DNA of 62,786 nt, counting the filler, from Rhabdomonas costata (Eukaryota), in the NCBI GenBank assembly GCA_019059605.1. It is 38 parts of 38 records of this genome, joined end to end, with 100 filler letters (N's around TTAATTAATTAA, not from the genome) between each part and the next. Parts side by side here need not be neighbours in the genome. Positions count along the whole stretch, not along the records: positions 48,006 to 49,557 come from JAHMHO010013156.1; positions 49,658 to 51,208 come from JAHMHO010013157.1; positions 51,309 to 52,863 come from JAHMHO010013158.1; positions 52,964 to 54,517 come from JAHMHO010013159.1; positions 54,618 to 56,171 come from JAHMHO010013160.1; positions 56,272 to 57,825 come from JAHMHO010013161.1; positions 57,926 to 59,479 come from JAHMHO010013162.1; positions 59,580 to 61,132 come from JAHMHO010013163.1; 30 more parts are not named here. One strand, given 5' to 3'. Below are positions 48,921-61,541 of the stretch, piece by piece. The notes under the pieces are model-generated. The model was not told where the DNA came from, searched no databases, and saw nothing but the letters and a program-made list of their open reading frames with translations. Position numbers and translations under genes: made by a program. Within the stretch, counting starts at the first letter, position 1. Each line of letters starts with the position of its first letter.

Positions 48921-49557
48921 GCGGGGATCTCGACTCACTGCGGAGTGCTGGAGTTCAGTGCGGAGGAGGGTCACATGTACATCCCGTACTGGATGATGCA
49001 GCATCTCCGTGTCATCCCAGGGCACATCGCGAGGATCAGCAGCGCGATCCTCTCCAAGGGCAGCTACGTGAAGATCCGCCCCCAGACCAAGGTCAACTCA
49101 CTCACCACCCTGCCGTGCTCACCCAACATGTCCCCATTCCCCAAAGCAGGCTTCTTTTGTTAGCATTTCTGTATGGAATAAAGTAATAAAGAGAACCAAA
49201 GCACTGATGAATTGTTCGGTCGCAGAGATGCTGCACAGTGGGATCGAGTAGGTTCACGTTGGTCATTAGCAACGGTCTTGATCGACTAAAGGCATGTGAA
49301 AGGCTCAAAGCGACACGTTGGGAAGCATGGGAGGATGCCCAAGTTTTGCACTTTCTTCAAGCTTTAGTCTTTTTTCTTTTTTATTTTTTTTATGCTAATC
49401 TTGTGTTTTTTAATTAGATCTGAATGATTCTGAATGTGTTTTTTCTGGGCGTCGGTTGGTTTTTCGCACCTATTACGGCTTCGCTCTTTTTGTACAACCT
49501 ACCTCACTATCACTTTCCGGTGGACGGTTTCAGGACTTCATCGAAGATATCTCCAAC
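48921..49557 (+). CDS. UFD1: Ubiquitin fusion degradation protein UFD1, exons 48921-49091 and 49534 onward
   Basis: THCGVLEFSAEEGHMYIPYWMMQHL...KGSYVKIRPQTK | DFIEDISN. Confidence 0.92.
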
Positions 49558-49839
49558 NNNNNNNNNNNNNNNNNNNNNNNNNNNNNNNNNNNNNNNNNNN
49601 NTTAATTAATTAANNNNNNNNNNNNNNNNNNNNNNNNNNNNNNNNNNNNNNNNNNNNGTGGGTTGTGCTAAACATCGCATTTCGATCATTGCTATTTGAA
49701 AGCATTACGAAAAGTAATGTTGGTGGCGTTCCTGAAATGGAGTGAGTAAAGAATGGGGTAGATAATGTGATATAAGAATGTAATGAGGGTCTTGAGAATC
49801 GGGTCGTGATGTTAAGGCGCTCGCGGTGTCGTGCCTCAG

Positions 49840-50898
49840 GGAACATCGGCTCCAAGTCCAAGCTGAGCTTCAGCATAATCGGCTCCGTGAGTGGCTTGGT
49901 AGAGGCCCTGTGTCAGCTGAACGCCCACCTCCGCACGGACATCCTGGTGTGCTCCCAGACCTGGCGCGACGTGAAGCAGATGTTCGTTGGCCAGACGGTC
50001 TGTGTGTTGTTCTTGTGCGTGGGTCAGTGGGTGCGTGTGCCTCTCCGCGTGGGCATCGATCACTAAGTATCGGATGAGTTTTGTGGTGAAAATGAGCTGA
50101 GTTTGGCTTCCCTTTGTATGTGTTGTGGTACGTCCTGCGTGTGATTGAATTATCCACTGATGCATTGGATGCGTGAGAGCTGTCGGTGGAGACGGATGGA
50201 AGTTTCCTTTGCCATTCTCTTGAGAAAGGTGCGGTTTTCGATCCACTGGCAGCCTCCATCCCAAATCCGAGAAAAACATGGTGTCAACACTCCTCTACCC
50301 ATGAAACCACAGGCACCGCACCCCCCCCCCCTGCACACTCTCACTCACTCTCTGCCCATTCCGCTTGAAAGAAACGATTGTTCCCAGCAAATGACGCTGA
50401 ACTGGAACTGGAAGACACACAGCCGTGGCGCGAGTGGTTTAACCCTCAATTAAGGCACATGCGTTCGTGTATAAAAGGCACGGAGCTGCGGTCTGAGATG
50501 CTTTCCTGGGCTTCTTCTTCTCGGTCCCCAGGACGAAAGTCGAGCCACTCCTGCGTTGCGTCGGGTGCCTCATTCGCGAGGCGTGCGGAGGCGGCGGAAA
50601 GGGTTAAGTGGATTTGTGTCGTGTGGCCCAGCGATGTGAGTGTTGTTGTACCAGTGCCACTCTGTGCACTCAGGTCGCCGCCCTGGACACGCTTGTAGCC
50701 CGGCGCCACACTGTGGTGGCGCCTTCCGAGGGGACGGAAGGCGGGACCGCCGCTGGCACCCCAGTGACCGCGCTGTCCTCGCGGGACCGCCTTGCCTCCC
50801 CAGCCGTTCTGCTGGACCCCGCGCCTTCCGCGAAGCCTGCGATGCCCACCCTGTTCGCGATCGCCTTAAAACAGGCGATCGACTCGGAGACCGACGAG
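49840..50898 (+). CDS. Class III adenylate/guanylate cyclase-like domain (degenerate), exons 49840-49997 and 50674-50898
   Basis: GNIGSKSKLSFSIIGSVSGLVEALCQLNAHLRTDILVCSQTWRDVKQMF follows 'GNIGS..R..Y..IG..VN.A.RL..LN....T.ILVS..T'. Confidence 0.65.
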
Positions 50899-51476
50899 GT
50901 TGGTCTGCCCGCCACAACCCACATCATCTCTCACCACCCTGACCCTCCGCCCCACTTACTGTCATGTTTTTGGTGGTAATTGGATGCGGTGCGGGGGTCA
51001 ACGGTAGCCCAGGCCTCCGTTTCTCACAATTTCTTCGAACGCAGTTGTGGCAGGAATTCCGTTGCAGGACTTGCAGAACCCACGCGAAACCACGACGTGA
51101 GTCAAATGCCCGAGAGAGTGAGAGCTGTGCCTTGCAGGGCACTCCACTTCGCCCGCCCTCTCCACATTCCCTCAACGTTCGCTGTGCACTGAAAGGTTAA
51201 AAACCACCNNNNNNNNNNNNNNNNNNNNNNNNNNNNNNNNNNNNNNNNNNNNTTAATTAATTAANNNNNNNNNNNNNNNNNNNNNNNNNNNNNNNNNNNN
51301 NNNNNNNNTGTTTGTGGGCCTGCACGTACAGGTATGTGTGTGTGTGGGGGGAGGGTTCTTTACCTAGATCCGTTCCGAAATTTGCTGCGTAACACTACTC
51401 ATGAACAGGCAACGCGGGCAAGACCCCATCAAAGGAAAAAGGAATTTCACGCTCAGCAAGCAAGTGACACGCATAC

Positions 51477-52517
51477 TTGTATTTGTTCTGGCCCAGCTTC
51501 TGGTTCTGCATCCTGCTCTTCACGACGTCCTGCACCACGAGAAAGGGAGGAGGGTGTGAGCATGACAATTCACCAGATGTGCACGTGTAGCCCCGACCCC
51601 CGATGCTGACAATCCCAGAGCGAGCGAAAACCTGCACACGGTCGTGCAAAGACAGACGGCCGGAAGAAAAGTCCGTCCAGTCCCGAGAGTGGTATGATGG
51701 TAACCTCTCTTACCTCTTAACAGGTAAAACCGAAGGGCGGGAGACCGAGTTGGAGCAAATCCTCTGAAAACCTAACCTAAGGGACCGTGATCACCATGCT
51801 CCAGCACAAAACACCACACACGCCGCACAAAACACAAAAGCACACCAGGGGAGTGTTGAAGAGGGTGGCAATGGCTCCCGCCACCATACCGGCCAGCGCC
51901 GTGGAAACCTTGGACTTGGCGCCCAGCTTCTCCTTCAGGATCGGCCCAATAGCGAAGTACGGCCCTGCACACAACCGAGAAGGAACCGGTTCAGCTACCT
52001 AGCTTCGATAAATCCAACTACTACCGCTCATGCCAACCGGAAGTCCCCTCCTCCTTTGATCACTTAGTCATCCACCTTGACGTAGACTTGTGCTTGATGG
52101 CGCCGAACCAATGTGGAATATACACTACATACAAAACAAAATTAGCGCGCTCGCGGTTTTTCTCTTTTCTGGATATAAGCACTAAAATGCATAACAATTC
52201 ATGCATAAGCAGCCCACCTACCGCAGCTGCTTTATGCCAACCATTCATTTTTTCAATGCGGGGGACTGGGCACAGTACCTCCATGTTTCCAACACGTCAT
52301 CAATCAATGAAGACCAGCTGGAAATTCAAAAGTGCAGAGTCGCAAACGCGGAAGCGGGCGGATCACAACCGTTCCAGAAGGCATTGCGCCACAGCTGGGG
52401 CTCGAAGCCCTTGTAGATCGCCAGCGGGCCCTCTTGGCCCACCAGCTTGGCGGCGCACTGGAAGGTGTTCTTGTACAGGGTCTTGGACTCCGGGGCCTGC
52501 ATGCGGACCTTCACCAC
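51477..52517 (-). CDS. Mitochondrial carrier, 2-oxodicarboxylate (ODC/SLC25A21)-like; exons 52517-52370, 51964-51846, 51529-51477
   Basis: VVKVRMQ...EG..AIYKGFEPQLWRNAFWNG|PYF...NTPL|DVVKSRMQ...KY; PxDxxKxR signature and ODC-like WRxxxWN. Confidence 0.85.
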
Positions 52518-52983
52518 CTGGGAAGGTGGGGTAGAGTTTCCGTTGCCCCTCCAAACCCCTTGAATTCAACGCCGTCAGAGGGAAACGTCTGACGGCACTT
52601 GCGCGCGCGTCAACAGAGCAATCAACAAAGCAGAAGTGAAAGCAGGATTCTGGACCCTTACTTCTGAGAAAGCGCTTCACAGCGCTTTGTAAAGCTCTTC
52701 CAACAGAGATGAAAGACAATCATAGAGGCGAAAAAAGAAAATATATACGGAACTTGGGTACAGAAGTATGACAAGGGTGGAAGATTCATTCAGGAACGCA
52801 GGACAAAACTTCCCGCGATGCTCAGAGACAAGTACCCCCGGCACAGAGCTGTCCCAAAAACCCNNNNNNNNNNNNNNNNNNNNNNNNNNNNNNNNNNNNN
52901 NNNNNNNTTAATTAATTAANNNNNNNNNNNNNNNNNNNNNNNNNNNNNNNNNNNNNNNNNNNNGGTTTTGTGGGTAGGCGTAC

Positions 52984-54013
52984 CTGGGCCGAAGATGGCA
53001 ACCGTCTCCTGCGGATCGGGTTGAGCTCTCCGGCTGGCAGCTATCTCACGTCGCATTGGCCGCGGCACTCGGCCCTGGTAGTCCTCCTTGTACAGCCTGT
53101 GCGGGGTGGGACAAAAGCACGACACATGTAGTCAACGGCTGATTGGGGTCCAGCGCTGAGGGGACCCTTACCAAAACACCCCTCATTAGAGCATAAACGG
53201 ACAGTGCTAGATTTTAAAATGCCCCATCACAGAGTAAAAATTTGCTTCTTTCTTCATCATTTTTGTCTCATGGTTTTACCCCTAATTTTGGCTCTTTTAG
53301 CTGGAAAAAGCCAATTTGGGCACTTTTGCGGTTGCTGTGCAGAGCATGTGCGTACCACTTTCCTGATGTAGCCAATGTTGTTTTCATAATGGGGCACCCA
53401 GCCAACCATAAAGTTAACATTGACCAATGGGGGAAAGGAGGGTTCGAGCTGGGAAATTATTGTCCCTAAAAAGTGCGTATTAAAATCGAGCTTTGTCAAC
53501 TGCTCTGGAATTCCAAATGCCTGCAAGTGGGAGATGCAGCAATAAAAAGTGTCACCTAAGGTGCTTTGTCTGAGGGGAGAAAAATTCAGGAACCTTCACC
53601 GAGACTTCAAAAGGCGGTGGGACGGACGCACAACCACACAGTACACAACTCCCTCTTCGCACTACACACTTCGCCAGATCGCTATCATATTGGCGGCCCA
53701 GAGTGAACAGCTCCTTGAGATCCTTCTGCTTGAAGAATCGCCTCTGGTCCGGGTTGTGTAGAATCTTCTCCGTCAGGAACTGCTTAAAAATTTGCCTGTG
53801 CGCGACAAAATAGCATAGAAAACAGAATTGCCTCTCTCCCTTCTCTTCGCGATGTCTCAAGGGTGGGAACCTTTCCTACAGTGCTGCGGTCTTCCCACTG
53901 ACGAAGAAGGGAGGGCAGGTGACCTGTGGTAGATCTTCTCTTCGATAGTGCCGCTTGACATCAGGCGGTACACGGCGACGTCCCGGGCCTGTCCAATCCG
54001 CCACGCTCGCTCC
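52984..54013 (-). CDS. ERCC6: ERCC6/CSB (Rad26) SNF2 ATPase, exons 54013-53924, 53795-53670, 53096-52984
   Basis: [62 protein letters not shown], diagnostic of CSB. Confidence 0.92.
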
Positions 54014-54659
54014 CTGCGAAGGAAACACACAAAGAAGAGAAAAAAGAAGTGAGCAAGGGAAAAACCCAACAAAAAACACCAGAGGTCGCCAAGAGTCAAA
54101 AGGCAGCGCTGAGGGTGAAGACAGCACGGAAATACACCAGATAGATCTCTGTCGAGCTTCTCCCTTCAAACACCCCTTTTGTTCATTCGCGTCTCTTATT
54201 ATAAAGTACGAAGTTTCTGTCCAAGGTGAAGAAGTCAACCTCCACCGCGCAATCTCGCTTGATTTGAATCGGTTTTCAACCACGGTGTGCCACAATGCGA
54301 TATGGCACGAAACCTCCACCCAGTTGTAGAAACTGTGTGCACACGACATGGCTCGTTATAGAACGTTCTGGCGGAAGTCACCTCTCTCCTCCTACACAGC
54401 TGCTGCTCTACACAAACTGCGTCGATGTGATAGTCAACGTTTCTCAGACGACTTGGCCACTTCTCGGAATACGGGGTGACCCCCCACACACACACACTTC
54501 ATTGGTGCCACAACACANNNNNNNNNNNNNNNNNNNNNNNNNNNNNNNNNNNNNNNNNNNNTTAATTAATTAANNNNNNNNNNNNNNNNNNNNNNNNNNN
54601 NNNNNNNNNNNNNNNNNCATGAGCTGCCGTCATGGCCGTTAATGTTGGGGGAGAAGAAC

Positions 54660-55211
54660 CGAAGGCCACCAGCCGAAGGGCCAGGGTCTCCTGCTGCAAG
54701 GAGTGCTCGTAGAGGACGCGCACGCAGCGGAACCCAAGCTCAACCAAGGCCAGGCTGTGCTGGTAGAGCCCTTCCTCCGTGGAGGCGCGGCCTTCAAAAA
54801 TAGATGTTCCAGTAAAATCAATTCACAAGAAACGGAAGTTTGCATTTCGCAGAGCTTCCCAACTTCACACATCTATCTGGTCTTGCTTTTTTCTCTGTTT
54901 CGTTGCTTTCTCCATTTTAAAATTGCTTCACGCCAGACGATGTGGGTAGCAGCTCGAATTAAACAAGTCAAACTTACTGAACATACGAGGCGCCCCATAA
55001 ACATTTGGCAACATGATTGTTGGTCGAAACAGGGAGGGAAATTAAAAGTATAATACCCAGGGCGCCTAAAATGCCTCTCAGACGGGCCTTGAAAGAGTCA
55101 CAGATCCGCGGCACGTCGCAGGGAAGGACATCCACCACAAACCCGAGCATGGAGCCCAGCAAGTCCACAACCCGGCGAAACCGGTGGGCCAGAAGGAACC
55201 TCCGAAGCTCC
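54660..55211 (-). CDS. Hypothetical protein, exons 55211-55057 and 54791-~54660
   Basis: Two AG/GT-bounded exons join in phase (G|GC): ELRRFLLAHRFRRVVDLLG...GALG|RASTEEGLYQHSLALVELGF. Confidence 0.5.
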
Positions 55212-58200
55212 CTGCCACAAAAAAAGAAGGCAAGTGATTCGTAGAGAGGCAGGAGCACTAACCACCTCCCAATAACTCCCAATGTGAAGCAACAAAAACT
55301 GCTGGGCGACAGCATTGCCTTTCTGCTTGCAGCGCCCGATGTCGTTGGAGCTCTCGCCTAGCACTCTCTGACGCCCGTCCGCCAGCCCAAGCCTGCAGCC
55401 TCTTGTTCTCTTCCAGTGCTGATGCGAGACAAAGGGCGAGAATCCGGCGGTCAAAGCTGCACCCACGGCAGTTCGGGATTCGTGTGGGGCTCCCCGAAAA
55501 GACGCGTCCATCGGCAATCCAGGAGGAAGGGGGCCGGTCAACATGCATGGGGACACTACAAATTCCAAGAGAGCAGAAATGGACAGACGATTCAAAGTCC
55601 ATCATTCTCACAATTGCCCAAGTCCGAATTCATATTTTCTTTTAGAACACAACGGGGCTTTGGCAATGCTGCGCAATGAAGCAACGCAGGTGAGCTTCAC
55701 CAAAATTTAGAGTGGCAAAGAGCACATTGATCAGCAAAAAAACCTTTTGAGAGTTACAAATTGTATGTCAGCTCAAGAACTAGGAATTCGACCAGTGTCT
55801 CGAAACTCCCACGAACGCAATTCAGCGTTCCCTGCTTTGCGTATTCCCAAGACCCTAGTTCACGTTGCGCCCCCATTCCACTCACTGGCGTGAATTGAGC
55901 CTATAGATCCCAGACGAAACAACTGATACTACATGCTGGATGCACGCGTTTGGCCGTCTGAAACATGTTTGCAGAATCCCAAACTTTTAGAAACCGTGAG
56001 GGGTCCGATGCGCAAAAGAAACCCAAGCTGAGACGAATAAAAACAGCATTAAGTGTTCACCCCCGCGGAGAAAATGTATCCTTCAATCACGGCATAGTCA
56101 GCCAAAGGACGACGTCCACCGACACTACGCCGAACTACGCCGAGCATCGCCAAAGCATCTGAGGGATCTTTNNNNNNNNNNNNNNNNNNNNNNNNNNNNN
56201 NNNNNNNNNNNNNNNTTAATTAATTAANNNNNNNNNNNNNNNNNNNNNNNNNNNNNNNNNNNNNNNNNNNNACGATGCGCGCTGTAAAGAAGCGAGGGGT
56301 GCGTAGGGTGGGTGTTCGAATGAGCGATTGGACAGGGTTGTTTTTTTTGGAGGATGATTATCTGTGCTTGAAGAAACAGGGTCGCTTGAATTGTCAACTT
56401 TTTCAAGAAAAACGGAGGGTCTGGCCGGAGTGAACCCAGTTTACAGCGGAGAGTGACGCCATGGACGATGCTTTCAGCCTTTTGCCTGCAATGCTTTGCC
56501 AATCTCGAACGCCGGCATCTTCGGTAAGTTTTCGATATTCGTGATACTCTTTCGGTTTGGATTTGGCTCCACTCTGATATCTCGACATAGATGGTTAACT
56601 GACCTCGCACATAAAGCGGCAATGGTACGGTGACTATGGCTATGGGAGGGAGCCATTCCCCATTTCTCAACGAGGTCGTGCCTTCTCTCTCTTGAAACTC
56701 CTGGTTGTTGGCAAAAATCCGATCAAAATGAGTCATGAAAAGTCCGAAATAAGAACGAAGGCAATGGCAACTTTGACGTTTGCCTCCATCCCCCATTCGA
56801 ATCCCTTTCACCGTGATTTTACCTTGGCCGGCTTTCAGAAACGTGGTGCTTCAACTTCATTGGGATGCGCTGCATTGCCGGCCGAGTATTCGACGCCTCG
56901 CAGAACTGCACCCCAACCCCCTCAACCACGTGCTCTCCCGAAGTCTGTTGTGTTCCAGGTGCCTCGTGTGCTTTTCGGCGTCACCAGTTCGTGCTGGTTT
57001 TTGTCTTAGTTTCTTTCTTGCTGAATAATTGCGCCGTCCCCTGCTTTTGTCTGCATCTGCCCACTGCTTTTTCTTGGGGGTGGGGTGGGGTAGGGATATT
57101 AACAGTATATGGTTGTGAAAAAAACTCTGCTCCCCCCCCACCGTCCTCAAACATTCTTTGAGGACAGAACATCAACCGTAATGCCTGAACCACAAGTCAC
57201 TGCAATCTCTGAAGTTACCAATGCAGTTGGTGACGTTTTTCCTTCGGGACTCCGTGATATTTTCCATCCTGCTGCGTCGCCCCCCCCCCTCTCTCGAATT
57301 CTCAACCCCTCAATTTCCACTCAGATCCGCTCTCCCAGTCGTGGTTCACGAATTTCTCCGAAGCCACGGGATTCCAGGTGGGCAACATTACCACTCCTCC
57401 GGTTCCGTCAGCAGGGCTGCTGACCATGGCGAACCTCATCCTTGCCATGCCGCAACCCGCGACGGTACGAAAAGAAACTGAGGGGAGCGGGGGGGACTGT
57501 TGCTGTATGGCGACTTTTTGGAGCTTAGAGGGCTCTTAGAGAGCTTTCCTGTTTGCCCAAAGTCCTTTGATTGACAAAAAGTTGACATTGGCATTTGGGT
57601 GGCTCCGCCTTCCTGGTTGCGCACACCTCTAGTCCGCTGTTGGTAGTGCGCGTGAACTATTCTACTAACTACTTTCTTAGCACTGTCGTTCTGAGCGTTT
57701 TCGGGAAAAAGCCTCGCTGTATGTTTTGCCCCACAGATTCTCAGCAGCCCAGACGTCGCTGTTGCCGCGGTCGTCGCCAATCCTCCGCCCCCAACTCCGG
57801 GTCCGGGAGGCACTGACCCCAACACNNNNNNNNNNNNNNNNNNNNNNNNNNNNNNNNNNNNNNNNNNNNTTAATTAATTAANNNNNNNNNNNNNNNNNNN
57901 NNNNNNNNNNNNNNNNNNNNNNNNNGTGGGGGTTGGTCGCTGTAAAGTTAACGGGGGGAGGGCGGGACAAAGAGAGAAGCCCTGGGCAAGGCCGCCACGC
58001 GGTGCAGACTTTGGCCCACCAATGTCACTCCCGCCCGTACCCCTCTACTTTGCACGATGGGTTGTTTATACAGTTAGGTGACGATGATTGTTACCATGCT
58101 TTCGCGATCTGAGTCCTGCACTTCCACAGTGACTTCTCGTGGGCTTAGCATTGGCTTTCCTTGGTGTTTAGCGTCAAAGTACCAGTGGGTCCAGTTGAGT

Positions 58201-59579
58201 CGATGGGGTCGATTTATACCATGGATTGTCCGTCGATTTTGCGGGACTGAGGCGGCCGTTTGCATTGCCGCCTGTACTCCGAAAGCCATGGTGTATTTGC
58301 GTGAATTCAGCTCCGATGGAGGGGGAGGAGGGGGGCCGGTGCAGCCCTCCCAGCGGCCGTTCGCTGGAGCGGCCGGGCTCCCCCGTGAGTTCCAGGGCTT
58401 CCACACGACTCCGCGGCGGGGCATCCCGAACGTCTCCCGGGAGGCGATCCCCGATTAGGGTGAACATGGACAGCCCTACTCAGGCGTGGCAGGCCACTTG
58501 CTTCCCAATGAGTCCCAGTCTATAATTGTGATGGAAGGTTTTTTAAATGGCGAACCATCATGGGTGGCGTCTCCCTCCGGGTTGTCTCCCTTCATTTTTT
58601 GTTGTCGCCAGTGTTGAGCAAAAGGGCAAAAATACCTTTTCCGACCACGCCCTTTGAATTACTGCAGGGTGTAGACGGTGGGGAAGTAGCCCGCACTTTT
58701 GTGTGCGGTAGCCACGGCGGGGAGGGAGGAGCATTTGCTAGGTGGACAAGTCCGCTTCGCTCTGTGATGTGAATGCTTTCTCTCTTTAGCGCGACAGCCT
58801 CCGCTCTGGGGAGCTGCTGTGTCCTTCCGGCAACTTTCAGTCCCCGCGTTCCAAAGCGGTGCACCTCAGCGGTCGAACTGGTGCGGAGGTGAGTGGTGTT
58901 GTTGGTGGTGCTGGGCTCCGCGACGATGACGAAGGGGCAGCTGCAGATGACGACGAGCCCCGTGAGCTCCGCCGGGCTGGCCGTGGGGGTTCCTTTGCCT
59001 CGACCTCCGTGAGCGCCTTTGGCACCCCCAGGTTGGCTGTCCTGCCAGGCGCAGCGCGATTACCACGTGACGGTGCTGGTTTTCACCACCCAATTAAAAT
59101 CGTTTGGAACAAGGTGGTGATGGAAGATAGTGCTCGGTGGATTCACATTGCAGGCGCTTTCCAGGGCCTTCACCTCTGTAGTTCTGAAAATTGGCGGTTG
59201 GAAAGCCCTTTCAGGACCGGGCTGTTTTTGTGAAGTTATGCCTTGTTGTGGTTCTCATATGGTTTCGTACATGGTGTCCCACCACTATCCGGCGCCCTCC
59301 TTTGTTATCTCCCTTTTCTGCCTTTTTTCTCAGGCCCCTCCCACATGCTTCCCAGTCATTCTGCGGTTTCCTGTGTATGTATTATTCTGTCACAGTTTGC
59401 CACAAAAGAGTCGCAAATAAGGCATAAAAAAGATTGTCTCTCGGCTTCAGGTGTTGGAGTGAGGCCTCCCCACCCAACANNNNNNNNNNNNNNNNNNNNN
59501 NNNNNNNNNNNNNNNNNNNNNNNTTAATTAATTAANNNNNNNNNNNNNNNNNNNNNNNNNNNNNNNNNNNNNNNNNNNN

Positions 59580-60899
59580 CTCCACGGGCACGGGGACCTG
59601 CACCTGGTACGGCTGCGGGACCTGTTCCGGCAAAAACACACACACACCGTCACAACCTTCCCGCACGAATCAGCGGCCGTGACACAGGGGGGGGGGCACT
59701 GCCGGGAGTGTCAGTTGCAGTTGAGTGGTATTCTTCCCGGCAACTTTCGCAGCTTTGCCCTTTTCTTGGCACGTGCCAATGGCTCCTTGTCTTTCCTCAG
59801 TACAGAATCCCAGCGCCGTCCTGAAGCTCATCTTGCTGCTGAAGAGAAGGCAAGGTCTCCCTCGAGCTTCGCACCCAGTGCTCAGCTTCAAAGCTCGACC
59901 TGGACGCGAAGGTCCCGAATTCCCAATATTCACAGCACCGGCTTTGTAACGCCTCCAGGTCACCCACCACGCCGATGCAACTCCACGCAGCCAAAGATAC
60001 CAACGGAAGAAACGAAAAGAAGAAGAAGAACGCAGTGCGGCAGAAATGCGTCTCTGCGCTCTTATGAGCAAAGCGTTCACCACGGAAAGCATCCATGGAA
60101 ACTCCCGAAGCCCATGCAGTTCGTGCGTGCCGTGTACTACAATACCGTGCGCTCGATGATCTTCTCCACGATCTCAATCACGGGGAAGGGCACGTCCTGG
60201 GTGATGATCTGCTCCACAGGGTAGCTCACCTGCAGGATCCACAAGAAGAGATTCGTGAAAAGCACATGTGTACTGCTCTTAGACTTCTCGAAAGACCAAA
60301 AAGAGAAGAGCGGACAAAAAAAAGGACGGCCTCCTGCGCACCCAAACCCACCCAACTCGTCACCTGTCCCTTTACCCAGCATTCCGTGATGGGAATCGGG
60401 CAAGGTGCTGCGATAAACTCAATGCAGAGGCAAGCAATGAGAAGCGCGGCCGCCCACCTGCTGGGTGACGGTCTGCACCACCTGCCGCGGGACCTTCACC
60501 ACAACCTCAATGATCTGCTCCCTGGGCTGGGGCACCTGTGAGAAGGGAAGGCAGGCAGGCAGGTAAGCAGGCGGAGGGATGCTCGTGCTGCCCAGACAGA
60601 CAATGGCTGCCAACGAGTCAAGTGCTTGCTCCTGGTGCCCGCGAAGGCCGTTTCGACCTCCGTCGCCTCCCTCAACCCCTTCCACCAAAAAAAAACCAAG
60701 CAGCACAGAGCGTTACAGAGCCCGCGCGAGAGCAGAGCCGGAGAGAGCGTTTGGGGTGCGTGCCCCGAAAGAGGCACAGGACCTGCCTCTGGATCACACG
60801 CTCCACGGGCACGGGCACGGGCTGGTGCACAATCTGCTCCGTGGGCACGGGAACGGACACCATCTCCGGGACAATCACCGGGCGCTGCACCTGCACGGT
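59580..60899 (-). CDS. Articulin-like (VPV-repeat) pellicle/epiplasm protein, exons 60899-60783, 60535-60458, 60229-60146, 59621 onward
   Basis: VSVPVPTEQIVHQPVPVPVERVIQRQ | VPQPREQIIEVVVKVP | VSYPVEQIITQDVPFPVIEIVEKIIE | VPQPYQVQVPVPVE; all introns GT-AG, phase 0. Confidence 0.88.
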
Positions 60900-61242
60900 C
60901 TGCGCACAACCAGAAGCGGACAGCCACACACGGCACACAGCACACAGCACAGCACACACAGGCCCAACCCCAACCATCACCACCAACACATCCATGACAA
61001 AACTCACAAGGGGCATCAACCAACCGCCCAAGCAAGCTCCAAGAACAGGGTCGAGGCAGTGGTGAAGTTCGCTCCGTTCTGGAGGCGGTGTGGCAGTGCC
61101 AGCGCACGTGTGAACTCGAGAGGGTGAGTGTGNNNNNNNNNNNNNNNNNNNNNNNNNNNNNNNNNNNNNNNNNNNNTTAATTAATTAANNNNNNNNNNNN
61201 NNNNNNNNNNNNNNNNNNNNNNNNNNNNNNNNGGGTGTGGTG

Positions 61243-61541
61243 GTGGCTAGGGCCAGCCCTTGGCTGTAAAGTTCAGGGCCCGACCCGCCCCCGGCCACTG
61301 CCACTGAGAGGGTCACATTGGCGCACAGGCCTTGGAGAGTAAAGTTGCGCTCCGCAAAGGCTGTGGTGATGCCCCGCAGGGTGTCCGTGGCCTGCGCAGA
61401 GCCGTCGTCCAGGAACCCAAAGGTGATGTTGGGGTTGGCCACGGAGGGGCCCGGGAGGAGAGCGAGCAACCACAGCAGTGGTAGCATGAGCGGTAGGGTT
61501 GCAAGGGTGGGCCGCGATTCCAGAGACCAGGCAGGTGCCAT
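61243..61541 (-). CDS. Signal-peptide protein, possible periplasmic-binding-protein (Venus-flytrap) receptor ectodomain N-terminus
   Basis: AAATG start after a long pyrimidine tract; LPLLWLLALLPGPSVA signal then ITFG...GITTAFAERN...G...VTL, resembling type-1 PBP 'I.IG...G...A..E.N..G'. Confidence 0.45.

Noticed and set aside
56272..59479. Several 100-195 aa ORFs in two contigs
   Set aside because: No recognisable motif and inconsistent splice phases; left unannotated.
1557..61232. Regularly spaced identical TTAATTAATTAA repeats resembling a CRISPR-like or programmed array
   Set aside because: Always embedded in N44 runs with six-frame stops: an artificial concatenation linker.
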